A DNA stretch of 54,366 nt, from IMG/VR virus record IMGVR_UViG_3300009509_000539, positions 1 to 54,366 of that record. One strand, 5' to 3'. The notes beneath the pieces are model-generated. The model made no database searches. It was given only the letters and a program-made list of their open reading frames with translations, and had not been told where the DNA came from. The first letter of the stretch is position 1; every line of letters starts with the position of its first letter. This document shows positions 28,737 to 37,586 of the stretch, piece by piece. Made by a program: the position numbers and the translations under genes. The DNA comes from a virus (Duplodnaviria; Caudoviricetes).

Positions 28737-29269
28737 TGACAAAGCATTTGAAGGTACTAGCAAACATTCGCAAGAATGACGACACGCCGTGTCCGTTTGG
28801 CTTACCCATACCGTTTGGTTGTAAGTATGCGGGCAAGCATGTCGAGCGAATGGCTCCTTTCAAAGTGATGGATAATCCGAGTCCTGAAGAACAGGAAATG
28901 ATTGGAGCGGCTAATACTAAATTGTTGGCTTGGGGTCTGCTTCGTGATCCTGAAAAGCCATCGCGGTGTCCGTATGTTGGACATCTGATGGAAGATCATG
29001 ATGCAGTTGAATGTAACTATGAGGATACAGCGCCGGGTCAAGGACCAGCCCAGGCTTTGATGGCTGCGCCATTCTATTCAAAGATCTTCAGTGGAGTACT
29101 CAATGGATTGTACACTTATCCTGTTGGGTACTACTCAGACTACAACGTAAGCCGAAATCTGTATTTTGGCACGTATTCTCTCCAGGGAGCGGAAAGGAGG
29201 CGTGATCTTCTTCGGATGGCAGCGGAGGAGGTTGCTCAGAGGGCTAAAACTACGAATAGTTCGGAATAG
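28736..29269 (+). CDS. hypothetical Cys-containing protein
   Basis: CPFGLPIPFGC..CPY..C; TAATG-coupled. Confidence 0.7.
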   Translation: MTKHLKVLANIRKNDDTPCPFGLPIPFGCKYAGKHVERMAPFKVMDNPSPEEQEMIGAANTKLLAWGLLRDPEKPSRCPYVGHLMEDHDAVECNYEDTAPGQGPAQALMAAPFYSKIFSGVLNGLYTYPVGYYSDYNVSRNLYFGTYSLQGAERRRDLLRMAAEEVAQRAKTTNSSE

Positions 29270-29295
29270 GTATTGTAACAACATTGAGGTTGTAA

Positions 29296-30156
29296 ATGGT
29301 TGAAAAACGCGCACAAGAATATGACGTAGACGATTTGAATCTAGGCGATATCTTGATGTCTCCAGTGGGCGGTCAGTTCCCTGGCATCGAGATCGGCGAG
29401 GATATCGAAGTATCTGATGATACACCTGAGGAAGTTGTTTTCATTCTGGATGAAATTCCTGGTGCACCTAATGCCAAGGAGATTTTGGTCAAGGATGATG
29501 ACGAGGATGATATCGAGGTTGAAGCTGATCCTGAAGATTCGAATGCATGGAAGTGGGAACCTTCCGGCTTCCTAAAATGGCTCCAGCGGATGTTTGATGG
29601 TGTTCCGACTCATTCTGGTTATGACAGCACCGGATTGGAGAAGGCTATCTCGTATTTCGAAGCATTGGATCGTGAGATTACCAAGGCAATGCGAACAGAT
29701 TTCAAGAATGAAATCGATTCCGCAAAAGCTGAGAGAGCCCGAGAACAGATTGAGAATGGTATTGAACGGCTCGTTGAGCGTCTTCAGAACGTGAACAAAA
29801 GCAAGTTCAAGAGGAAGGGCAAGAAATCCAAGGCATGGGCAGAAGAGCTTGGTCTTGTCAAGGAGGCTCAAAAGGCCACTAACATTACTGGTATTACCAT
29901 TACCGTACCTTTATTGATTTCCAGAATTGCGCGCGTTTGTATCAACGGTATGGTTTCTGCTGGTCATGACATTGAAGATATGTATAAGCGTCAGGTTGAA
30001 GAATACGAACTAGACAAGAGGGAGCAAGCTGAGCTTGCTCAGTTGTTAGCTGATATGGGTTATCCAATGTTCCAGGATCGTGGCTATCCAGTTGGCGAGC
30101 CGGTTGAGATTTGGAGAAATGATAACTTTGATTGGTCAGCTCAATATAGGGGTTGA
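29296..30156 (+). CDS. hypothetical head-region protein
   Basis: GAGG RBS; begins MVEKRAQ; acidic N-half; internal LVKEAQ. Confidence 0.75.
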   Translation: MVEKRAQEYDVDDLNLGDILMSPVGGQFPGIEIGEDIEVSDDTPEEVVFILDEIPGAPNAKEILVKDDDEDDIEVEADPEDSNAWKWEPSGFLKWLQRMFDGVPTHSGYDSTGLEKAISYFEALDREITKAMRTDFKNEIDSAKAERAREQIENGIERLVERLQNVNKSKFKRKGKKSKAWAEELGLVKEAQKATNITGITITVPLLISRIARVCINGMVSAGHDIEDMYKRQVEEYELDKREQAELAQLLADMGYPMFQDRGYPVGEPVEIWRNDNFDWSAQYRG

Positions 30157-30159
30157 TTT

Positions 30160-30675
30160 ATGACTTTAAGCGCGCTAGTAAAACAGGGAGTTATAGACCT
30201 GTTATTTTCAAATTGGGTTACACCAGAAGAGCGCGCTATTGTTGAGGAGGGTTGGAGAGAATTCCTTAAATTCTCCAGAAAAAATCTCGATAAGTCTGAA
30301 ACTGATGCCGCTAAGGGAGATTTCAGACTGCATCGAATCATTACTGAAAATGAAGTTTACATAAGTCATATTGGAGATTCGAGACGTGATTGGTTGTTGG
30401 AGGCGTGGGTTCCATTCTGGCGAGAAAAGGGATTTGATAAAATCGCCGATGCTTTACAAGTTAGAGTAGATGAAGCCAGACATGAAGATGAAGAACCTCC
30501 TATGACAGGAAGGGAGACACCAAAAGCGAAAGTGGAGCCTAAAGAAGAGGAAGAAGGTTACGGCCTTTACGAGGGTGTCGAAGAAGAAGAGGAGGAGGCT
30601 CCTCAGACACTAAGAAGCTTGATAGCTAAGACACTACAATACGCAAGATTTTTTGCAAAAGTGGCTAGAGGATAA
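30160..30675 (+). CDS. hypothetical protein
   Basis: 171 aa with an acidic C-region. Confidence 0.6.
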   Translation: MTLSALVKQGVIDLLFSNWVTPEERAIVEEGWREFLKFSRKNLDKSETDAAKGDFRLHRIITENEVYISHIGDSRRDWLLEAWVPFWREKGFDKIADALQVRVDEARHEDEEPPMTGRETPKAKVEPKEEEEGYGLYEGVEEEEEEAPQTLRSLIAKTLQYARFFAKVARG

Positions 30676-30676
30676 C

Positions 30677-32161
30677 ATGAGAAATTACAGTGGTGCATTT
30701 CAAAGAACGGGAGAAATCAGTCGTGAACCTCGCAAGCGTTCCGAATGGTTGGAAGATTTTGCCGAGAAACTAGCCATCGAAGATCAGGCTAAGCGTGGGA
30801 CAGAGGAGCAGCCAGAGAAGGAACAAGTCAAGACAGGCAGGGCTCCAGTGACCGCTGTAGAAGTTGCACGTCAACGTCAGCATGATCAACCATCTATTTT
30901 TGAGATGATGAGTGCAATCGTCTCGGGCAAGCAGCCCAAGTACAGTTCTGTTGAGGAAGCTGTCAAGGATTATCAGCAGCGCACAGGTTTGACTCAGTAT
31001 CTCCAGAGTAAAGCTGAAGATAAAACTGGTTTAGATGACGCAGCCCAGCAAATTGTTGAAGCTGGTTTGATGACGGAGCAAGGTATCGATGATTTAGAAA
31101 CAATTCTCAAATTAGTCCGAGAGAATCCTGATTTCAATGATATTGGAGAGGGTGTTTCTGTTTGGGCACACGATCCTGAAGTAGCTCTTGTTAGAAACGA
31201 GCCGTACGGAGAAAACCCAGTACGTTATGGAAATAGCGGATGGCTAGTTTGGACTAAAGATATTCCAAAAGATACTAGTACCTTGGAGCCTATCCGTATA
31301 CCTGGACCTTCTGGGTTAATGAGAGAACGTGGTATCGATGATTTAGAAACAATTCTCAAATTAGTCCGAGAGAATCCTGATTTCGATGATATTGGAGAAG
31401 GTGTTTCTGTTTGGGCACACGATTCTGATGTAGCTCTTGTTAGAAACGAGCCGTACGGAGAAAACCCAGTACGTTATGGAAATAGCGGATGGCTAGTTTG
31501 GACTAAGGATATCCCAGATATGGGCGGAAACAAAACTGATTTTGGTGATGAGGATTATGCCAAGGACGATGACGACCCAAAAGCCGAGGATAAACCAGAA
31601 GAATGGCTGGCTAAAATTGTAGAACTCTTTGGTAACGGTCCTGATGATGATGGCCCTGGCTCAGGTGGCGGTGGTACTCGTCCTACTTTATTTGAAGTTC
31701 CGGAAGAAGAGGAAGAAGAGGAATGGGAAGAGGCGGCTACAGATGATTTTCCAGGCAGTCTAGATGAATACATGCTTGACGATGAGGAAAGGGTCAGGAA
31801 GATTCTGAGCGGCTCTGAAGCTGAACAGATCGAATTCCTCAAGATGGTTCTAAGGGAAGAGCCTGGGGATATCGAAATTGATGATGATGTTCTCTTGGCG
31901 CTTCTCACAGAGCATGGTGCCTCTGAAAAAGTACGTAAAGCGGCTGAGAAGATTGAAAATATGTATGGGCTAGATTATCCCACACATGCAGAGTTTGAAG
32001 AGGATTACACGCCCCGTGAAGACTATGAACCTCCTAGGGAGCGAGAGAGGATGCGACTCGACTGGGAGGAAGAAGAAGCAGCTTGTGCTGATTGTGCTGA
32101 ACGAGGCCCGGTTGAATTATTTGCTTCCGCATTCAAGGATCTAACAGAAAAAAAAGTCTAG
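30677..32161 (+). CDS. hypothetical acidic protein with internal duplication; upstream partner of a putative -1 frameshift
   Basis: AGAGGA RBS before ATG 30677; ends GAA AAA AAA GTC TAG. Confidence 0.75.
   Translation: MRNYSGAFQRTGEISREPRKRSEWLEDFAEKLAIEDQAKRGTEEQPEKEQVKTGRAPVTAVEVARQRQHDQPSIFEMMSAIVSGKQPKYSSVEEAVKDYQQRTGLTQYLQSKAEDKTGLDDAAQQIVEAGLMTEQGIDDLETILKLVRENPDFNDIGEGVSVWAHDPEVALVRNEPYGENPVRYGNSGWLVWTKDIPKDTSTLEPIRIPGPSGLMRERGIDDLETILKLVRENPDFDDIGEGVSVWAHDSDVALVRNEPYGENPVRYGNSGWLVWTKDIPDMGGNKTDFGDEDYAKDDDDPKAEDKPEEWLAKIVELFGNGPDDDGPGSGGGGTRPTLFEVPEEEEEEEWEEAATDDFPGSLDEYMLDDEERVRKILSGSEAEQIEFLKMVLREEPGDIEIDDDVLLALLTEHGASEKVRKAAEKIENMYGLDYPTHAEFEEDYTPREDYEPPRERERMRLDWEEEEAACADCAERGPVELFASAFKDLTEKKV
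31082..31516 (+). repeat. near-identical 186-bp direct repeat (31082-31267 and 31331-31516)
   Basis: Both copies encode GIDDLETILKLVRENPDF...WLVWTKDIP; about 6 mismatches counted by eye. Confidence 0.95.
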
Positions 32162-32196
32162 CTGAGCATCATCACCACGGGGAAGATGATGCTCAG
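32148..32196 (+). promoter_or_regulatory. putative programmed -1 ribosomal frameshift signal
   Basis: A-AAA-AAA slippery site, 6-nt spacer, perfect stem CTGAGCATCATC (32162-32173) / GATGATGCTCAG (32185-32196). Confidence 0.7.
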
Positions 32197-32529
32197 GAGG
32201 ATGATGAAATCCCTGAGTTAGTTCTTCAGAATCCGGCGATAGAGCATTTTGTCGTCAATATGATTGATACTAGCCACGGAATTCAGATTCCTGCATTGCT
32301 CCAAAGTCTTATAGAGACATTCGGTCGTGATGGCGTAACTCAGGATGTTTTCTCGGACAAAAAGTTATTAAACTGGATCAATAGGCACATGATCGCGAAG
32401 CAGCGTCCCCGCGATGCGATACCAGCACAGATCGGTCGTGGTGTTGGTACTCGTATTGAATATCCCGGTTTCCGTGATCCAAATAGAGATCCTTTCACCC
32501 TCCTGGTACCTAATAAGGGCGTGTTTTAA
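32155..32529 (+). CDS. -1 frame extension of the 30677 protein (or separate 89-aa ORF from ATG 32260)
   Basis: Frame open from the A-run: SLAEHHHHGEDDAQEDDEIPELVLQNPAIEHFVVNMIDTSHG...; no clear RBS before 32260. Confidence 0.65.
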   Translation, partial: SLAEHHHHGEDDAQEDDEIPELVLQNPAIEHFVVNMIDTSHGIQIPALLQSLIETFGRDGVTQDVFSDKKLLNWINRHMIAKQRPRDAIPAQIGRGVGTRIEYPGFRDPNRDPFTLLVPNKGVF

Positions 32530-32598
32530 TTGATCTTCTACTCATTAGTCTGCATATATTTTAGATATACGCATATCTAATAGACAAATGAGGATAAG

Positions 32599-35523
32599 AT
32601 GAAACCAGGAGAAATAGGATTCTCCGCACTGTTTGAACAGTTCCGAGATAGCATAATGCGTGTCGATCCTGTGTATTTCTGCGCGAAGTACTTGACGATC
32701 GATGGCGGTAAGCCGCTAGACTTGGAAAAGTCAGGATATAAACCTTTTGCGGACATTTACAGGTATATTGGACTTTCAGCAATTGAACCAAATGCCAAAC
32801 CAATTGTATTAGTTAAGGGCAGGCAGGTAGGTGCAACCACCATGGCCGCTGCCCTTGAATGTTATTTCACTGCATGTGGATTGTTTGGAAATAATCAGCG
32901 CCCACCTATGCGATTGATCCATCTATTTCCCACGTTGTCTTTGGCCGCTGCATACACCAAAGACAAGCTGGACCCGATTCTAGGTGAGGCCAGAGCAGTT
33001 CCAGGTACCATGAAAACCAATGGACTCCCCAAGTCCTACATGGAGAACGTCATGGATCTGGGAAGTCCCAGTAATAACAACATGCATTTCAAGAAATTCT
33101 TGCATGGTAATCAGCTCTGGATTGAATCAACTGGTCTAGATGGTGACCGTATTCGTGGTCGTCAACTTTGCTTAGAAACAGAATTACCAACACCTGATCG
33201 TGGTTTTGTCAAATTGAAGGATTTGAGAGAGGGTGATAGGCTTTTTGATGAAAATGGTAATGTTTGTAACGTCATTAAAGTTCATCCAATTCAATATTCT
33301 CCAGAGTCTTATCGTGTAACATTTGATGATGGAACTCAGATAGATGCTTGTGCAGAACATCTATGGAAAACTCATACTCGTTATGAGCGAAAGAACGGAA
33401 AAACCCTTGGGATTAGGAACACAAAAGAACTCCTTAATACTCTTACAATGTCTGGTGAAAGTAATCATTCAATTCCTGTTTGTGGTCCGGTACACTATCC
33501 CAAGCAAATATTAGATATTGATCCGTATCTTTTAGGTTTGTGGTTGGGTGATGGTGATAGATATGGCAGAATAGAGACCGCAGATGTTGAGGTTTTGGCT
33601 GGTTATGACCACAGATTGATTGCATCTTCTGTAAACCATGAGAGTAATTTCGGCACATCTAAATCAAATTCGTATAGGGTTATTGGCCTTACGACAGCTT
33701 TGACTAAGTTAGGATTGGTTTACAACCCAGGAAAGAAACTAAGAGATGAAGGACGAGGGTATTATAACAAGAGAATTCCCAGGCAATATCTTGAGGCATC
33801 TTTTGAACAAAGACTAGATCTTCTCCAGGGACTTATGGATGCAGATGGTTGCTGCGATAAGGATGGTCGTTGTGAGTTTGTACAATGTGATGATAGAAAA
33901 GAATTGATTAAAGATGTTCAAGAGCTTATTCATTCTCTCGGTATTAAAACATCAATGTACAAAAAAGAGTCTTGGCGGTATAATGTAAAATACCAGGATA
34001 AATGGTCCTTGCAGTTCTATACTACTCTGCCAGTTTTCAAACTTGAGAGAAAGCTTCAAAACATCAAAATTAAACTTACAAAATCGAATAAAAGGTTTAT
34101 CAAATGTATAGAGCCTATTGATCCAAAACCGATGAGGTGCATCACGGTAGACTCCCCATCACATTTATATTTGGTAACTAAGTCGTACATTCCGACTCAT
34201 AATACAGCCGATTGCGCATTGTTTGACGAAGTGCAGGATATGTCTGACGTTGCTATTGGTGCTGTCACCAAGATTCTTGCTCAGTCTCGTTATGGTTCTA
34301 CCGGTGAAGGTGTTCAGGTTTATTTTGGAACACCCAAGACCAAGGCCGGATCTTACTATGAAATGTGGCGGAATTCTAATCAGCAGTACTACCATCTGCG
34401 CTGTGAGAGATGCGGAAAGTATTTCCCTCTGTATCGTCCTGATGTGAACTGGGAAGATATTTGGCTCTATGGAATGACTGTCCGTTGTACAGAGTGTAAT
34501 CACGAGCAGGATAAGTTAGATGCACAAGAAAGAGGCAGATGGATTCCGCTCCAAACAGTGAATGACGATGGTAGGGAACCTGATTACGTGGGGTACCACT
34601 ACAATCAATTACTTATTCCTAAATTCACAAGAGAGGTTATTAATAAGGCCAAACCGGAACGTAGCCCTATCAACACTGAGCGTGTGTACATGAACGAGGT
34701 ACTTGGAGAGTTCTATGATGGCGAAGGCGGTACCATTACCGCCGAAGAGATTCGCGAGAAGTGTATTGAGAAAGGCCGCAAGATGGTGAAGTATATTCAC
34801 CGTGATAGTGGTAAGCGTGTCTATGGTGGTTTTGACTGGGGCCAGAGAGGAATGCTCGATCAAATTGCCGGTCGTGGACGTAAAGGTTCCTACAGCTGTG
34901 CGGTTATTTTAACAGTTGAAGGAAATATATTTAATATCGAGTTTGCCACCCGTTTAATGAAGACCGATCCAGAACACAAAGAGGCGGCGGTTGAAGAGAT
35001 GTTCCGGCGTTACAATTTGACTCTTGCCGTGGGTGATATTGGTGATGCCTACGATCTAACACATAGATTACAAAAAACATATAATGAAAGGTTCTTGGCT
35101 TCTCGTGCTCAGCATAAAGTAATTGGACATGTTAAATACTCCAAAGATGAATGGCCGAAGACAATAGTTTTTGAGAAAGATTATTATATTGGAGAAGTTC
35201 TTGGTCTATTAAAAGAAGGAAGAATTAAGTTCCCAGGAGGACATCATCACAAAATTTCTTGGTTAATTGAGCATTGTTCAAGTATGGACATCAAAGTTAC
35301 CAAGGATAAGTCATTTGAGCCCCGTAAAAGGTATGTTAAGGGAACGGGCGCAAACGACGGTCTGATGGCGTTATTAAACGCCTATTTAGCCTGGAAATTC
35401 GATATAACTCAGCGTTTCTCAATTAAGAATCCAATTCACATGAAATATGAGCTGGCCGAGAATGCTCGTCCCATTCAGGCGGTTGTTGGGTATATTCCTA
35501 GAATGTTCAACGGCCGTGGATGA
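32599..35523 (+). CDS. terL: terminase large subunit (GpA-like) containing an intein
   Basis: Walker A VKGRQVGATT, Walker B CALFDEVQD, FGTP coupling motif, zinc ribbon CERC..CTEC, nuclease GFDWG and C-terminal NDGLMA. Confidence 0.9.
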   Translation: MKPGEIGFSALFEQFRDSIMRVDPVYFCAKYLTIDGGKPLDLEKSGYKPFADIYRYIGLSAIEPNAKPIVLVKGRQVGATTMAAALECYFTACGLFGNNQRPPMRLIHLFPTLSLAAAYTKDKLDPILGEARAVPGTMKTNGLPKSYMENVMDLGSPSNNNMHFKKFLHGNQLWIESTGLDGDRIRGRQLCLETELPTPDRGFVKLKDLREGDRLFDENGNVCNVIKVHPIQYSPESYRVTFDDGTQIDACAEHLWKTHTRYERKNGKTLGIRNTKELLNTLTMSGESNHSIPVCGPVHYPKQILDIDPYLLGLWLGDGDRYGRIETADVEVLAGYDHRLIASSVNHESNFGTSKSNSYRVIGLTTALTKLGLVYNPGKKLRDEGRGYYNKRIPRQYLEASFEQRLDLLQGLMDADGCCDKDGRCEFVQCDDRKELIKDVQELIHSLGIKTSMYKKESWRYNVKYQDKWSLQFYTTLPVFKLERKLQNIKIKLTKSNKRFIKCIEPIDPKPMRCITVDSPSHLYLVTKSYIPTHNTADCALFDEVQDMSDVAIGAVTKILAQSRYGSTGEGVQVYFGTPKTKAGSYYEMWRNSNQQYYHLRCERCGKYFPLYRPDVNWEDIWLYGMTVRCTECNHEQDKLDAQERGRWIPLQTVNDDGREPDYVGYHYNQLLIPKFTREVINKAKPERSPINTERVYMNEVLGEFYDGEGGTITAEEIREKCIEKGRKMVKYIHRDSGKRVYGGFDWGQRGMLDQIAGRGRKGSYSCAVILTVEGNIFNIEFATRLMKTDPEHKEAAVEEMFRRYNLTLAVGDIGDAYDLTHRLQKTYNERFLASRAQHKVIGHVKYSKDEWPKTIVFEKDYYIGEVLGLLKEGRIKFPGGHHHKISWLIEHCSSMDIKVTKDKSFEPRKRYVKGTGANDGLMALLNAYLAWKFDITQRFSIKNPIHMKYELAENARPIQAVVGYIPRMFNGRG
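33163..34203 (+). mobile_element. class 3 intein with LAGLIDADG endonuclease (347 aa)
   Basis: QLCLETELPTP start, DACAEHLW (W), MRCITVDS (C), PTHN|T (T); YLLGLWLGDG and LLQGLMDADG. Confidence 0.88.
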
Positions 35524-35546
35524 TATAGAGGCTAGTAAAGGGTAAC

Positions 35547-37538
35547 ATGGTAGAAATCAACAATAACATAACCCGGGCACAGCAGCTTATCGAACAGAAT
35601 CAAGAGAGACGAGCACGTGCGGAAGAATTAATACGCAAACGCGCTGCTATCGCGGGAACACCAGAAGTTACCAATCGCATGGCTCGTAGCATCAGTGATG
35701 AGCGCCGAGAAATCATGGAAATGCAACTCGACGCTGGCGAGTATCGTGAGCAAGGATCTCAATGGGTGCCGACAAATCACGATGGTTTCGGATCGCAAGA
35801 TAGACCAATTAAAATGATTCAAACCCAATTGGGTGTGGTCGCTGGTAGTGGTAAGGGATTGTACAAGATGGCAACAGCAGCCACCCCTACTGGAAATGCG
35901 ATGTCATCTGGTAGTGGTTGGCGAGGTGCTAACAATTCTGGTCGGCAGATTCCCGAAGTTTATTCGCCGTTGTGGCTCAATTCTAATCTCAATCTACCAC
36001 GTGACCGTCCCACCATCAATGCCTGGGCGCGCAGTTTCTTTGCTTTGAATCCTATTGTACATAACGCAATCACACTGCACAGCACGTATCCAATCGCTAA
36101 ACTCAATATCAAAAGCAAGAATCAAAAGGTCGAAAAATTCTTTGGTCAGATGATTGAAGAAATTGATCTGATGAACATGGCTGTACTCGCTGCACAAGAA
36201 TATTGGATTCTTGGTGAGGCGTTCATCTATGGCGAGCTGGATGAAGCGGCCGGTAAGTGGAATCGGCTCATGATTCTCAATCCTGACTACGTACATGTTC
36301 AGCGTAGTGTGATTGCTGCTGAACCAATCATCAGTTTGCGTCCGGATGAAAATCTGAGACGAGTTGTGCATGGAAATCAACAAACGGATATTCAGCAGCG
36401 CCAGCAACTCGATCCAAGTATCATCGAGCATGTTCGCAGAAATGAGAACATTCCACTGAACAATTTCTATGTTCACCATATGGCGCGTAGAATTTCTCCG
36501 TACGAAATCCGTGGAACTGGTCTCATCGTGTCATGTTTCCGCGCTTTGATGTTGTGGGATAAATTGCGTGAATCTAAGTACGCACAAGCGGACAACATGG
36601 TCAACCCCCTCACCTTGGTAAAGATTGGTGATGGTGAGTTCCGCCCATCACCTGTCGATCTTGAGCACTTTCGTAACATTTTTGAGGAAGCGCAATACGA
36701 TAAGGACTTCAAGATCTTCACCCATAATGCTGTCAATGTTGATCGGGTTGGTTATGGCCAGGGTATCTATGATACTTCCAATGATGTTACTCAGCTAATC
36801 AAGGAAATTTATATTGGCTTGATGGTTCCATCCGTAATCATGGACGGTTCGGATACCACTTATGCTACCGGTTCAGTAGCTTTGGATGTATTACGTCAGA
36901 GATACATGCAATTCCGCCAAATGATGACGGGTTGGTTGAAGCGTAAGATTTTCGCTCCTATTGCGCAGATTCAGGATTTTTATGAGTACGTGGATGGAGA
37001 AAAGACGCTGATTGTTCCTGAGGTTGATTGGAATCATATGTCGCTATTTGATATGGATAGCTACATCAATAATATGGTGAGTCTATCTCAGGGTGAAGGG
37101 GCCCAGAAGCGTGTGTCATTACAGACATTGTATCGCAGTCTGGGGTTGGAATACGAAGAAGAGCAAAGAAAAATCAGATACGAAGATATTCAGGATGCAA
37201 TTCGTAATCGCGAGATTCAAGCCTTGGCGCGTTACCCGTTGCATGAACTTAAGTCGCTTGGCCCAGGTGACGAGATTGAAGAAGTTGCAGATGAGCCAGT
37301 TCCTGGTGAAAGTCCATATGAGCCTGTGGCAGAAGCAGTGCCTGGTCAAGCGCCAGGTGGAGCACCTCCATTAGGCGGAGCACCACCTCCATTAGGTGGT
37401 GGCGGACTAAGACCGGGTGGAGCACCTCCTCCAGCTCCAATTGGCGGCGGTGGAGCACCAAGACCACCAGGCGGTGGCGGAGCACCACCTCCTCCTCCGG
37501 GCGGTGGAGCACCACCAGCACCTCCAACTCCACCATAA
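35547..37538 (+). CDS. portal protein
   Basis: Directly after terL; WARSFFALNPIVHNAI, YWILGEAF, LNPDYV, YEIRGTGLI, portal-like helical core; Pro/Gly tail. Confidence 0.8.
   Translation: MVEINNNITRAQQLIEQNQERRARAEELIRKRAAIAGTPEVTNRMARSISDERREIMEMQLDAGEYREQGSQWVPTNHDGFGSQDRPIKMIQTQLGVVAGSGKGLYKMATAATPTGNAMSSGSGWRGANNSGRQIPEVYSPLWLNSNLNLPRDRPTINAWARSFFALNPIVHNAITLHSTYPIAKLNIKSKNQKVEKFFGQMIEEIDLMNMAVLAAQEYWILGEAFIYGELDEAAGKWNRLMILNPDYVHVQRSVIAAEPIISLRPDENLRRVVHGNQQTDIQQRQQLDPSIIEHVRRNENIPLNNFYVHHMARRISPYEIRGTGLIVSCFRALMLWDKLRESKYAQADNMVNPLTLVKIGDGEFRPSPVDLEHFRNIFEEAQYDKDFKIFTHNAVNVDRVGYGQGIYDTSNDVTQLIKEIYIGLMVPSVIMDGSDTTYATGSVALDVLRQRYMQFRQMMTGWLKRKIFAPIAQIQDFYEYVDGEKTLIVPEVDWNHMSLFDMDSYINNMVSLSQGEGAQKRVSLQTLYRSLGLEYEEEQRKIRYEDIQDAIRNREIQALARYPLHELKSLGPGDEIEEVADEPVPGESPYEPVAEAVPGQAPGGAPPLGGAPPPLGGGGLRPGGAPPPAPIGGGGAPRPPGGGGAPPPPPGGGAPPAPPTPP
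37345..37535 (+). repeat. GGAPPP-encoding low-complexity repeat in the portal C-terminus
   Basis: Repeated GGTGGAGCACC(T/A)CC units. Confidence 0.85.
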
Positions 37539-37586
37539 TAACGGCAGCGCATATTCTGGCTTCTTAGTTAGATGAGTGGAGTCTCT

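Noticed and set aside
31082-31516. Direct repeat as a diversity-generating retroelement TR/VR pair
   Set aside because: Mismatches are not adenine-specific (they include C/T changes), both copies are in frame in one ORF, and no reverse transcriptase is in the window.
32159-32161. TAG readthrough or genome-wide stop-codon reassignment
   Set aside because: The same frame hits more stops within about 35 codons. Other TAG stops (4854, 17516, 29269) are followed by an RBS and a new gene, and long genes are intact in code 11.
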